From: Phoronis australis
Lineage: Eukaryota > Animalia > Phoronida
NCBI GenBank assembly: GCA_002633005.1
Contig: NMRA01000166.1
Location: 634,381 to 698,380 of the forward strand
Reading direction: 5' to 3'
Length of the DNA: 64,000 nt
Shown here: positions 38,759 to 49,790 of the stretch, piece after piece
Numbering within the stretch: position 1 is the first letter of the stretch
Layout: each line of letters begins with the position of its first letter
Program-made: the position numbers and the translations under genes
The notes under the pieces: generated by a model
Database searches by the model: none
What the model was told of the DNA's origin: nothing
The model's input: only the letters and a program-made list of their open reading frames with translations

Positions 38759-39213
38759 CTGCAAAAGAGAGTGCCCAAACTTTTAAAGACATTGGATAGT
38801 ACTACTCTATAAAATGGAGGAGACGTTTTTATTGCGTCCGTGGAATCTGAAGCACGTTGTTCCCAAGCCTATAAATTATGAAGTTGGCTGTATCAGCCTG
38901 AAAACCGTGTAAAGGACTCGGAATATCAACCCATGAGAAGGTAAATATTATTGGGGGCTGGAGGGGACACAGACCAATTCGTCTTCGCCAACATTTTGCC
39001 CCAACCCCCCTCCCCCTTCCTAATGCCACTACCTTTGCTACCCCCTTAATCCATTCGCCGAATGTTGCCAGTTTTGTTCAGATCCCCCACGCCCGTCACA
39101 GCTGGACGCCAACACAGGGAGGCAGCCATCAGAGCTTGGGTAACCATGTTTCAACAAAGTTTCAGAGAGAGTAGGAGTGAGACAAAGGGCCAGCGCAGAC
39201 AGATGGCAGGGAG

Positions 39214-39260
39214 CATACATACACACATACATACATACATACATACATACATACATACAC

Positions 39261-39293
<33 letters not shown>

Positions 39294-39320
39294 CATCCAT
39301 CCATCCGTACATACATATAT
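39214..39320. repeat. (TACA)n microsatellite
   Basis: Directly visible. Confidence 0.97.
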
Positions 39321-40513
39321 GAACACGTATAGGTCTATACACCCCTTCGTTAACGCAAACTTCATTAAAAACACGAATATCGAAAAGCTTGATATACACT
39401 CCCTCACAGTCTCTGTAAATAATTTGCTATCTTCCGGTGAGCAGGTATACAACAAATTTCCAGTAGACATTGCAAACAAACAAGCTAAAATGGAAGCTAT
39501 ATTTCGAGAGCACAAATGCCTCTTTACATAGTAAAAATGAACATGGTGTAAGCGAAACAGAGAAATAAAAACTGTGACAGCATGGTAGAGTTCAGTAGCT
39601 GTCTCGCTGCTAAAAATCTAACCAAAATCAGGTGCCCTTGTTCAAAACACACGGCAATATATCGAGTAGTCTTTTTTGAAGTAGTTCCTGACGAGGTCCA
39701 AGTGTTATTGAACTCTACCCAGGTAGAAGGGCATACAACTGGAAGCGAATAGAGCCAGAATGCGGGAAATCCCCGGGAGCTCCTCATTCAGCACAGGTTT
39801 TTCATGACTGGTTAACATTGACTGCAAAATCTTTATCCAAAATGTTCCATTTGTGCATAGCAAAAAGCAGTGCTGTATATTGTATCTTTCCATGTTGATA
39901 TAATATATAGACCGGCAGCACAGAGCACTAAGCATAGATGAAAGAGGTACCAACATCTGACCATAGGAGCACTTAGAGTCCACCTCAGTATGTACAGAAA
40001 CTTATTTACGCCCTTGTCTACACTCTGGGTGTGACCCCTGGGTACCTTACAGGGGGGAAATATGAACTAGATGAAATATTCGATGTACCGGCCAAAACTG
40101 TCCTAAAACGAGCAATAGTACAACACTGAACTACGAATGACCCATGGCAGACAAATTGCACTTTAGAAAGGGTCCGCCATAAACCAAAAGGGACCCCCAA
40201 AATTGAGGTAGCTCATACATTTGAGGTACCACAAAAATTCTATTCCATATGATTCAGTACATGCCACTGACCACTAAATGGCCTATGACAGAAAAAATAC
40301 ACTCTAGACTGTACTCACCAGAAACCCCCAAAATCTCAACAAAGGTATGCCACTGAACATTTGGCCTAGATTATATATTCGAGATACCGGTAAAAATAAT
40401 TAAAATGAATGATAGTGTCTCACTGAACACCGAATAACCCATGAAAAACAAACTACAATCTGGAAAGGGTCCGGCAGTTACTGCACATTTACTGTTCGAG
40501 TATAGATACTTAC

Positions 40514-40611
40514 AGATCCCTTGTCTTGTTTAAATATCCGAATTCCTCTGCCATCACGTCCCAGAAAGTAACATTCCCATCCTTATTCAGGTCAGATTGT
40601 TTCAAATACTC
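40514..40611 (-). CDS. Secreted repeat-propeptide/EF-hand protein, coding exon 4
   Basis: cattgtag acceptor, CT|gtaagt donor; EYLKQSDLNKDGNVTFWDVMAEEFGYLNKTRD with EF loop DLNKDGNVTFWD; phases 0/2. Confidence 0.85.
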
Positions 40612-41819
40612 CTACAATGATATGTTTCGAGATTCACAGGTAGGCATCAAATTCAGGTGCACTAATCTGATACAATTGCGCGCTAAGAGCTAAACCAGCA
40701 ATTGCAATGTCAGACGGGCTTTTTCCTACACCAGGCCAGTCCATTTCTGTATTGAATAAGTCACAAATTTTCTCTAGTGTCGAATTCATACTTTGGGGCC
40801 CGAACACTATGAAAGTGGAGAATAAATCGTAAACGTGTGTGTGTGATTGGTAGATTTAATTTTCTTCGGTAGATATATTACCTAAAACCTGTTGATCACT
40901 GCGACTTCCAAAACTTTTGTTTTCTTCAACTTACATGTAAAGAAATCACAAGAAATTTTAAGCAAGAAACGTGTTTTCTCGTAATTTAACTCAAAGATCA
41001 CAACCATGAGTTTTTGCAATCAATGAGGGTGATACAATTATACGCAGTTTGTACAGTCAACCGAATGGCTTTTAAGACGATCTCAAATGTGTGAGTACGC
41101 TGCTTTAAAAATCCGTTGTCGCCAAAGAAACATGCTTTTTATTTAGACTGCATAACGTTATAAAATTAAACTTGTTTCTTACTTAGACGAAAAATGGTGT
41201 CTGAACTTAAAAGAACTAACAGTTTCTTTATCGTTTGAGATCATGCTCGGCGCATGACGTGACCCGACGGGACAAGCCAGCTTGTTGAGCTACCAATAAC
41301 AAAAAGTATGGACTAATGTCACAGTTGGTAGTGATGCTAATCAAAAATTGCATTTAAAGTACATGTAGTCTCTTTTGCATTATCAAGGTTCGCTATAGAA
41401 TCATAAACATGATTTTTCAGAAGTTTCACTTTGTCAAAACAATCTGTGCTCTGGCTACAACATAACAAAAATACCAAAATGAAATTTCATACGTTGAAGC
41501 TCTTAAAGTAGTCACGTGCAAACACATTTTATAACAGAAAAGTTGCACTTGGAAAAAACATTTTCAAAATCTGCTATTTTCGACAAATTCCACAAATTTT
41601 GCTGGCATGGTGATATTTTGTAACACGAGATGATGATAGCCTTCGGAGTAAAATGTATAATTATATTTAGTAGTAAAAACTGCCATGAAAAGACTGTATC
41701 GGTAAATCTCATTAACACATGTACACCGTAGATCTATGTTAGAGCCATCTTTCTGAACACGTGTAACAGTAGCCGTACTTTGTACAAAGGACGCAAAACA
41801 TTCCGTTTTTAACCCTTAC

Positions 41820-41933
41820 CTTAGTTTCATTAACTGCCAACGCATCTGACATGTTTTTCACCAGGTCTGATACAGTAATAAGTCCGTCCTTATTGGAATC
41901 GAGCAATCCAAAGTACGCTCTCACAAGTGATTT
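41820..41933 (-). CDS. Secreted repeat-propeptide/EF-hand protein, coding exon 3
   Basis: ttttcctttcacag acceptor, AAG|gtaagg donor; KSLVRAYFGLLDSNKDGLITVSDLVKNMSDALAVNETK with EF loop DSNKDGLITVSD; phases 0/0. Confidence 0.88.
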
Positions 41934-42259
41934 CTGTGAAAGGAAAATAATGTGATGTTAAGTACATTCCCTCTACACCACGAGATTGCATGGTAGGAAT
42001 TACGTAATCAATTTGGGACGAGCTGGAAAAAGTCCGGAGCTCAGTAAAAAATCGAGATTAAGACAGGCTTAGTAGCACTAGGTATTGTAGTTTTTCTTTT
42101 CGAAGGCTTTTATCTGCAGCACTGCTGTCGTCTTTCAAATCTATTACGGAACGGTGACCTCTGTAACAGCGCCACCTACGCGGTAACCTTTCCTAGCACT
42201 GGGAAAGCGTGTATGTGGAACGCTTGCTGGCTCGTAAACAGATTGACGTACAGACCTAA

Positions 42260-42262
<3 letters not shown>

Positions 42263-42315
<53 letters not shown>
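42263..42315. repeat. (TG)n microsatellite
   Basis: Directly visible. Confidence 0.97.
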
Positions 42316-42316
<1 letters not shown>

Positions 42317-42632
42317 GCGTATGTTTTGCGCGTCCGTGTGCGTGTATCATATTTTGCATTGCTTGACGCAAGACTGGGTGCTATAACTGTTTTTGTATGT
42401 GCGTGCCATTTGGCAAAAATTGGACTTTGAACAACAAGAAAGCTGTGCCTATAAGTTAAAGCATCCTGTCAGAAAAACAGATAATTTAAATGAAGCACAG
42501 CCTTGGAAAACCCTTCAGATTTTAGAATACCACTAAAGGTGCACAAAGACTGGTATAAACATGTGAATGATTTACTCTACAAAACCAAAAGAAATACTTG
42601 AGTGTTTAAAGCACGACCATACACATACTTAC

Positions 42633-42666
42633 CCAAGTTTGACACTTTATGCCACAGTTTGCACTC
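42633..42666 (-). CDS. Secreted repeat-propeptide/EF-hand protein, 34-nt coding exon 2
   Basis: catcatttcag acceptor, TGG|gtaagt donor; (S)SANCGIKCQTW; converts phase 2 to phase 0 as needed to join exons 1 and 3. Confidence 0.75.
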
Positions 42667-43384
42667 CTGAAATGATGCAAATAACTGAATTGTTTATTTT
42701 ATACATGACAGAATCTTTAGAATCCGCAAAAGAAACGCGTCTGAAATACAGAAAGTAGAGCAATGTTGCATTATTTTCCAGGGGGAATGTTGTTTCTACT
42801 AGAATTGAAATTTTTAGCCATATGACTACAACCCTAAACAACTCAGGTTAATCTTTTTTCATCAAATGTCGCAAAATTTTCAGAACAAACACCACCCCCC
42901 GCTGATGAAATGCTTTACTTTTTCTTTCATCTTATATACAGAATCGAATTTTATTCAGATATTTCACAGCACTACTCCGAACTTGTTCGACTTCCAGAGT
43001 GTTTTCTCAAATGCCATTGTCTGAATCTCTCTGAAACCTTTTCCCCAGTACTGCCCAACGAACAATTATTTAGTTATCCTTTACACTGGTTAAGAAGTAA
43101 CTGATCTCACGTCTCATCACTTATTTAATTTACTCCAACATCGACGAAAATTTGATTAGTGGCCACAAAAACTGATTACACCATATAGAATGATGTCCTA
43201 CATTTGACAAATGAATGTTTGTTCAAATACTGATTGTAAAGGAAAGAGATTACAGTGGGTCAACATTACATACAATGACACAGTGAATAATGTTTATGTA
43301 ACTGGAAAAGCTTCTGTCAGAATAAATATTGATTGTGTAATTAGTAGAGTTGGTTCCATTTAAGTTGCCCAAATTTTCTGCATA

Positions 43385-44636
43385 CCGTATTCGCCTTGAT
43401 AAGCACCCATGCCCCTGTAAGCGCCCCCCACGCGTTTTCAGACTTCACTAAAATAAGCGCTCAGCCCCTGAACGTGTACAAGCGAAAAATGCCTTACCTA
43501 CAGTTCTAAAATTCTACAGTAACGTCTTCAATTAATCGACAAAATCCGACAGTCCTGAAAAAATAGTTGTGCGTGGTATACACTTCAAACTTTCGCCGTG
43601 CTTCAAAAACAACGCAAAAGTTTTGCTGATCTTGCGAGTAACGTGTCCCACCATGGTCTGGCCTTTCAGAAAAGACGCAGCATACTTGTCAACGGGGTTG
43701 TATTGTAACTTTTCCGTACAGATGTTCTCCCTCAGCAGTAATCTACATTTCTTTGTACGCGCGAAAACTTCGAATTGAAGACTAATAAAAACTTGACCAG
43801 TGTTAAAAGCACGTGGCCAGGACGCGTGCGCTGCATACACGTATACCCAATGAGATGAATATAGCTATGTATATAGCTCATTGCGTATACCTGTCATTAG
43901 TCGGGAACTATCCATTCATGAAACGTAGCATAGCATCGGCAAGAAATAAATATTGCCACTAATTTCCGAGATTTTCCAGTACCGTAAAAAACGTTTACGT
44001 TATTTTTAAAAAGAATTTTTTGATTAATCATTATTGGTGTTTTTAAAGTCAAAATGACCCACTGATAGTGAAGACTTCCGCACCCTTACACCCCGAAACT
44101 CCCGTTAAATATCTGTTAGACTATCACGCATCTAGTCACCCGGCGACTCAATCAGATTTAATATCGGCCTTACTGAGACAATTCTCGGATGTTTTTAGCA
44201 AGTGAGACCAGCAAGTGTAAAGTAAAATACGTTCTGCTTTACTGCTTGAGTTAATTTTTTTAGTTATAATGCACACCTAGATCGTTACATGTTTACGTTG
44301 GCGAATGGACTTTGATGACACGCACGCGCTCGCTCACTCACACACGCAGACAAACTTAAGGGGGATTTCAGGTAATTTGATAAGTCGAAACTGTATTTAT
44401 ATTCAAGAATTCAACTTGCACTATCGAAAATCGCGAGGCATTGGGATTTCAGCATAATTTTTTGAAAAATGATCGTAATTTAACAACGAAGCTTGATAGC
44501 AATGCACCAAACTTTTGTAGAAAGTCTGTCATAGGTTACAGATATGCCAGAGAGTCTAAATTTTATGAATCCTAGCTTCCGATTTCACCCGTTTCAGAGA
44601 TCGATTTTCAATCGGTTTAGTCCTGGGCGAATACGG
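43385..44636. mobile_element. TA-flanked TIR element (Tc1/mariner-pogo-like ends) carrying a HIRAN-like fragment
   Basis: TA-CCGTATTCGCC...GGCGAATACGG-TA; internal minus ORF 43532-43840 has NPVDKYAA...VGHVTRKIS...FLKHG. Confidence 0.65.
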
Positions 44637-45408
44637 TATGCACTTTTAAAACCATGGGATCAAACTTGTTTACATGTACTTTTGATATCAACATGTATGT
44701 CAGATGTTGTTTACGTCTTTGTTTCTGGATGCACTGTGAAGATTCTAGAATTTTCTGAGATCAGAACGTAAAAGCCAATGATATGATCATGTGATTTTTA
44801 TTAGCCAATCGTTAGGTATGTACATTATAATAATTTGGGCAGAAGTCTGGAAATAGTCAGATGGAATTTGGTAGTTGAAACTGGACTTGCTACAGTGTAG
44901 CGCCTACTGAAGAAATAATACAACAGAGCCATCTCGTGGAAGATTCTAAAGAGGATCTTGACAAGGGCAAGCTAGGGTTAGGGGGGGNCAATTTTGGGTT
45001 GTTTGAAGGCTACTTGAAATCGCAGCCAATTTCTCAGTCGATACCCAGCAATGCACAATTGCAACCGGGGGCCGCCATCTTGAAGAAGATTGCAGCTACA
45101 GCCGAGAAAGTGGCCCTTTTTTATTTTCAACATAATAAGTTAATTTAATGGTTCTCTCTCCACCCACGCACAATAACAAAGTATAGCAACCGTTAACCAA
45201 ACCCACAGTCAAGTTCTGACATACTGTGGTTGTTTAATTGCGCTCTTTTTAAGTCGACAGGTGATTGTCAAAAGCTTGAAAACTGTTAACTGTTCTTGAA
45301 GTCATGGGACGCGCTCGGGAAAAGTCCAACGGCCACTGTCATACTTACCAAACATTAAGTACGAAACTTCATTTACCATGACGTATAAAAGTTGGAATAA
45401 GTACTTAC

Positions 45409-45971
45409 GAGTTCTTTAGTGCAGTCAATATTGTATCCACGGTCTCTTTGGTTTGCATCGTTCCATTGGGTTTACAAGCCTTCCTTTTAACAATTGGCTG
45501 TGCTCTTCTTACCACCGTGGCATTGTCGAGCTGCGCTGCTCTTTTATCCACCGTTTCAGACATGATAGTCGGCATTGCTCTTCTGACCAATGAGGCATTG
45601 GCTAAGTGCGCTTCTCTTTTATCAACCGTTTCAGGCATGATAGACGGGATTGCTCTTCTTACCACCGTGGCATTGTCGAGCTGCGCTGCTCTTTTATTCA
45701 CCGTTTCAGACATGATAGTCGGCATTGCTCTTCTGACCAACGAGGCATTGGCTAAGTGCGCTTCTCTTTTATCCACCGTTTCAGGCATGATAGACGGGAT
45801 TGCTCTTCTTACCACCGTGGCATTGTCGAGCTGCGCTGCTCTTTTATCCACCGTTTCAGACATGATAGTCGGAATTGCTCGTCTGACCAACCAGGGTGGT
45901 GCTCCTCTGTTAAGGGATGCTGTGGAACAGACGGCCAAAACAAAGGGAAAGATGACCAGCAAGACTTTCAT
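45409..45971 (-). CDS. Secreted repeat-propeptide/EF-hand protein, coding exon 1 (signal peptide + dibasic repeat array)
   Basis: MKVLLVIFPFVLAVCSTA signal-like; five 25-aa RR...KR... repeats; the apparent stop TAA lies inside a consensus TC|gtaagt donor at 45408; tttctatccacag acceptor 9 nt upstream of the ATG (exon starts at 45980). Confidence 0.88.
45504..45884 (-). repeat. Coding tandem repeat, 75-nt units in a 150-nt higher-order pattern
   Basis: Near-identical alternating units visible in both DNA and protein. Confidence 0.95.
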
Positions 45972-46184
45972 TTTCGTGACCTGTGGATAGAAATTATGAC
46001 TGTACGTACACGATATTCTAGTCCGGGTGTGAATTACCTGACTAGATACCCTATATATATAAAAATTTATGGTGATTTAATCGGCGACAGTGAAGCATGG
46101 GTAAAACGCGCACAGTTGAACTGAATTAGCAAATTCATCTCTGACAATATTTCAACAGTTGTTCCGAGCGAATGTGTTTTTCTT

Positions 46185-47166
46185 GGATTGTTCTGAAACC
46201 CCCTCGACCCTCACACCCTTTGACCCTCGACCCCCTCTACCCACAACCTCCTCGACCCACGACCCTCTACTCACGACCCACGACCCAAAGCCTCCTCGAC
46301 TCAGTCTAGACACAAGCTCTACTCCATCTGAGCATAGAACACTCAAGCGCTGACTTGTGAGACCAATAATTTGGGCCGTGACCTCGGCTAGCTTTTCCCT
46401 GTTTTTGCAATTAAAGCAGTTGGTTCGGCAAGTTTGAAAGTCAAAAGACATACCAACCTTACAAATGTCGTTCTCGGCAGATTATAATCGTCTCGTTTGC
46501 TCTTCAGTGAATTGTATAGTGCGAGGAAACGACAAAACTGTAATTTCACCAGTAAATACAGTTTGAAAAAACAAAACGTTAACTAAAAAGTTTTCAACGT
46601 GATATGGAGTATATTGTGAAGGAGTACACAAAATAAAGCAAATAATAAAAATCGGAAATTCTGTACATTCAGGTTATTGTACTCGCTCCCTAAGTTTATT
46701 AGAATAGGGCCATTGATAGCCGCTCAAGAAACTATTTCCGTGACAACGATAGCACGCTCACAATGCGCTATTCAAGACCACCTGCGTTCTCACGCCACTT
46801 TCTGTTTTTACTCACCAGCCTCCCGTTCAGTAACGCTAGGACCTCGCTAAAAAACAAGACTTCGCGAGATTACGTGAGATATTGCCGTGTATTTTAAATG
46901 GGAACACGTGACCTTGACTAGACTTTAGCTAGATCCTAGCGTAGGTCCTAGCGTCTACTGAACGCACGCCAGATTTCACTGAGCCAGAGCAGACTCGCGT
47001 GTAGGTATGTTTTATGAGAAAGTCGCGCAGCGACGTAATAAGATCGTGACATATGTAAAAAGCCCACAGATACCTCTATTTCCTCAGGTCGTGGGTCGAG
47101 GGGGTCGTGGGTCGATTGGGTTGTGGGTCGAGAAGTGTGGAGTTCGATGGATTTTCAGAACAATCC
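46185..47166. mobile_element. MITE with TIR GGATTGTTCTGAAA and CGACCC-rich subterminal repeats
   Basis: GGATTGTTCTGAAA at 46185 and TTTCAGAACAATCC ending 47166; mirrored (CTCGACCC)/(GGGTCGAG) arrays. Confidence 0.75.
46820..46972. mobile_element. Small palindromic MITE nested in the 46185-47166 element; sister copy at ~55976-56131
   Basis: TTCAGTAAC.CTAGG.CCT...AGGTCCTAG.GT..CTGAA ends; shared core ACTTCGCG.GATTACGTGA...GTGTATTTTAAA..GAACACGTGA. Confidence 0.7.
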
Positions 47167-49107
47167 GCTTTTGCTTTTGTGTTCAAAACATCGGCGAGGC
47201 CAATTACCCTCGACTTCCTAACTGCTGAACCACATGACCTTCAGGTATCGCGTTACTAGTAAGCTTAGCTCCACTTACTGCAAATCATATTTTTCACAAT
47301 AAAAATTAAACAAGCTCTCTTTGCCAGCACGTACATTTATAGTTCACGTATGATGCCCAACACCTTAGTACTCGAGTGATTGTTACCCCCCACCCACCCC
47401 CCACCCCCATAAAACTGCATGAGGTAGCAGTTACAACTATCAAGTTATCGGGTTTCCAAAGCAAATTCGCACATTTAGAAAAGCGAGGTTTGTATTATTA
47501 TATGCCATCAACTGAACAAGATCATTAACATAATAATTTGTCGGCCAGTTTTTTAATTTTGATATTTTGTATTTTTGTCTTTGTCTAGTACAAATCAAAA
47601 TATGTTGGGGTCACCAAATTCTAATTTGTTGCCCATCGTGTTTCATCAATTATATGAATTGCATCGTTCACACAAACTACGCTCCCCGCTCCACTACAGA
47701 CCTTCGTTGCACCCGTTTTGGCACTGCCTTGGTCCCACGTAGGGTACAGGCCCTCTATTTAGATGCGTGCTGTTCTATATTTTTCTCGCGTGTCGTTTTT
47801 CGCGGACTCGGAGGAAGGGTGGCCAGTTTCGTACTGGCCTTGGTGACGTCAGTCCGTCGACTTAATTTTACTCCCTCCGGCTTCCGTCGCGTACATACTT
47901 CCTCGGGTCTGTCGCCGCCAAAATTAATGATGTCATTAAGGACTAAAATTATCCTTAGTAAACGTACTTATTTACCGATGTTGGAAAAATTGGCATTCTA
48001 CTGTTATTTTGCTGCCAAAATTGTGGTGGGCTCTTTTGGGTCGGCTTTCGGTGCCATTGCGTCACCTGTTTACCCATTTCCCCGATTCTTCAATCAACTG
48101 ATCATCTCTTCCACGAGATTGTGTACATGTCATAACAATCGGAACTGGTTACATTCGTTTCAAGTTTTCAGTATTTTGATACCAGCACATTCGATTTCAG
48201 GACAAATTTTGCTGCTACGAAGCTGTCATCATCTCCCGAGAGATCATTTGCAAACTCTTTAGTATGAGCGGCGTTCGGGTGTCATAAAACGACAACAGAC
48301 TTTTCTTTGCTAGAAAAGGGGAAGAATTACGCAAAGGTGATGTTTATTACATTTTTTCACTACAACGGCTGTAACCGACAAGATGAGTGCTGATTAGTTC
48401 CCAGATTAAGCATGCACCCTCGCAGGTCATTAGATATACAGTGTTGATAGCCACGACGAGCTACCTGGGTTGTGTGAAATTTTGGTGTCTAACGGAGCTC
48501 AACACATAGCTACCTAGCTGTAAACTGACTAAAGCCTTAACTTATACAACTAGCTGGCTTTCTACCTTTGTATATACATTTATGATACAACTTTTGTAAA
48601 TACAGTATGTACTTTGTTTGTAACAGACTATTTTGAAATGCTTCCTTAGTATGCACTTTAAAGAATAACCGATTATCGCACATCATGTTACGACAGGGTC
48701 AAATGTCCTGGAAAAAATCGTACTGCCTGAGGCTGAAAGAACCCGGCCTCAACCGCACATCCTGTCTAAATCTGAAGGAGTTGTGATTGAAGCTTTAAAA
48801 TAAAACGGTCTCTTCAAGAAATGTTCCTGTCTTGCGATAAAAACTAATATTCACTTGGCATTTTCCATATACTACCTAACGTCTAGTATGAATATAAAGA
48901 ATAGACAGTCACCGAACAGCGCCATACTTCTCAAACGCTTGCCAATTTCAGCATCACGATTACGCTACTGCGTTTCAATAGATAACCATTATATCACAAT
49001 ATGTTGTTGGCATTGTGAAATCAGTTTAGTTGATGGGAGATGTCTAAGACGGAAAGTTACTTCTTTCGTAAATTTGAAGTTGCCGTTTGAATTTAAGCCA
49101 CACCTAA

Positions 49108-49790
49108 TCAGGCGCGTAGGAAGGCAAAAATATTTGGAGGGAGGGGCATAAACCCATTAGACTTCGCCAAACTACCCGACCCTTTCCTAACGCCACTACA
49201 TGCTCGCAGATTTTTGACGGGTAACCGAGGGAGCATGGGAGACGTGGAATTCGCTTTAAGGTGCGCTTTTGCTCATTTCAGAAGTACCTGTAATGGTTCA
49301 CGAATTAAACTTGAATTTCAAAATACTGAAATGTTTGTTTATGATTGCAAGTACTTTGAGTACCACCATACGACATGTACACTGTCATCAGAAATCATAG
49401 CCCGGACAATCTTTCGACAGGTGCGAATTTCTTACAAAGATTACTTCTAGTAACGATCTATTCTTGTGATTTTATGGGAAAACGTAACGTTATACAATAA
49501 ATAGTCCTCTTGGGTAATTCACAAACAGTGGTCTTCACGTTCTTCAACATTGTACCTTTTCGATGGCGGTCAATCCTATCGTATTTTCACATTTTTGATT
49601 CTTTGAGTCGAATGTCTTGATACTGCTGTGCTGTGCACGAATGCTTCGTGTTTTTGATGAATTTGGAGCTTCAGCTTCCCCTCGTGAATAATTGATAGTG
49701 ACTGATTTACATGTATAGAGGGACAAATGGACAATTTCCCCGAATCCCCCCCCCCCCAACAATTAAGTGGGACACCTTGAGATGAAAGGT
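49108..49790. repeat. Interspersed repeat with CAGG terminus; related ends at ~9416, ~38935 and ~59786
   Basis: CAGG..CG.AGGAAGG.AAAAA...GG...CA.A..AATT.GACTTCGCC-like start shared; body is an inverted match to 8270-8990. Confidence 0.65.

Noticed and set aside
39038-39515. ORFs with CMYV/HTYI repeats
   Set aside because: Translations of the (TACA)n microsatellite.
39630-39740. Extra exon candidate for the EF-hand gene (ttccag acceptor on the minus strand)
   Set aside because: The required phase-2 frame hits a stop; the model closes in frame without it.
45405-45971. Stand-alone 188-aa neuropeptide precursor
   Set aside because: The stop overlaps a consensus donor and phase-compatible downstream exons exist; the unspliced form is possible but less likely.
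45448-45990. 180-aa hydrophobic repeat ORF on the + strand
   Set aside because: Antisense shadow of the precursor repeat; the minus strand has the signal peptide, dibasic sites and splice signals.
47567-48262. 231-aa ORF
   Set aside because: Non-ATG start, no recognisable domain, no coherent exon structure.
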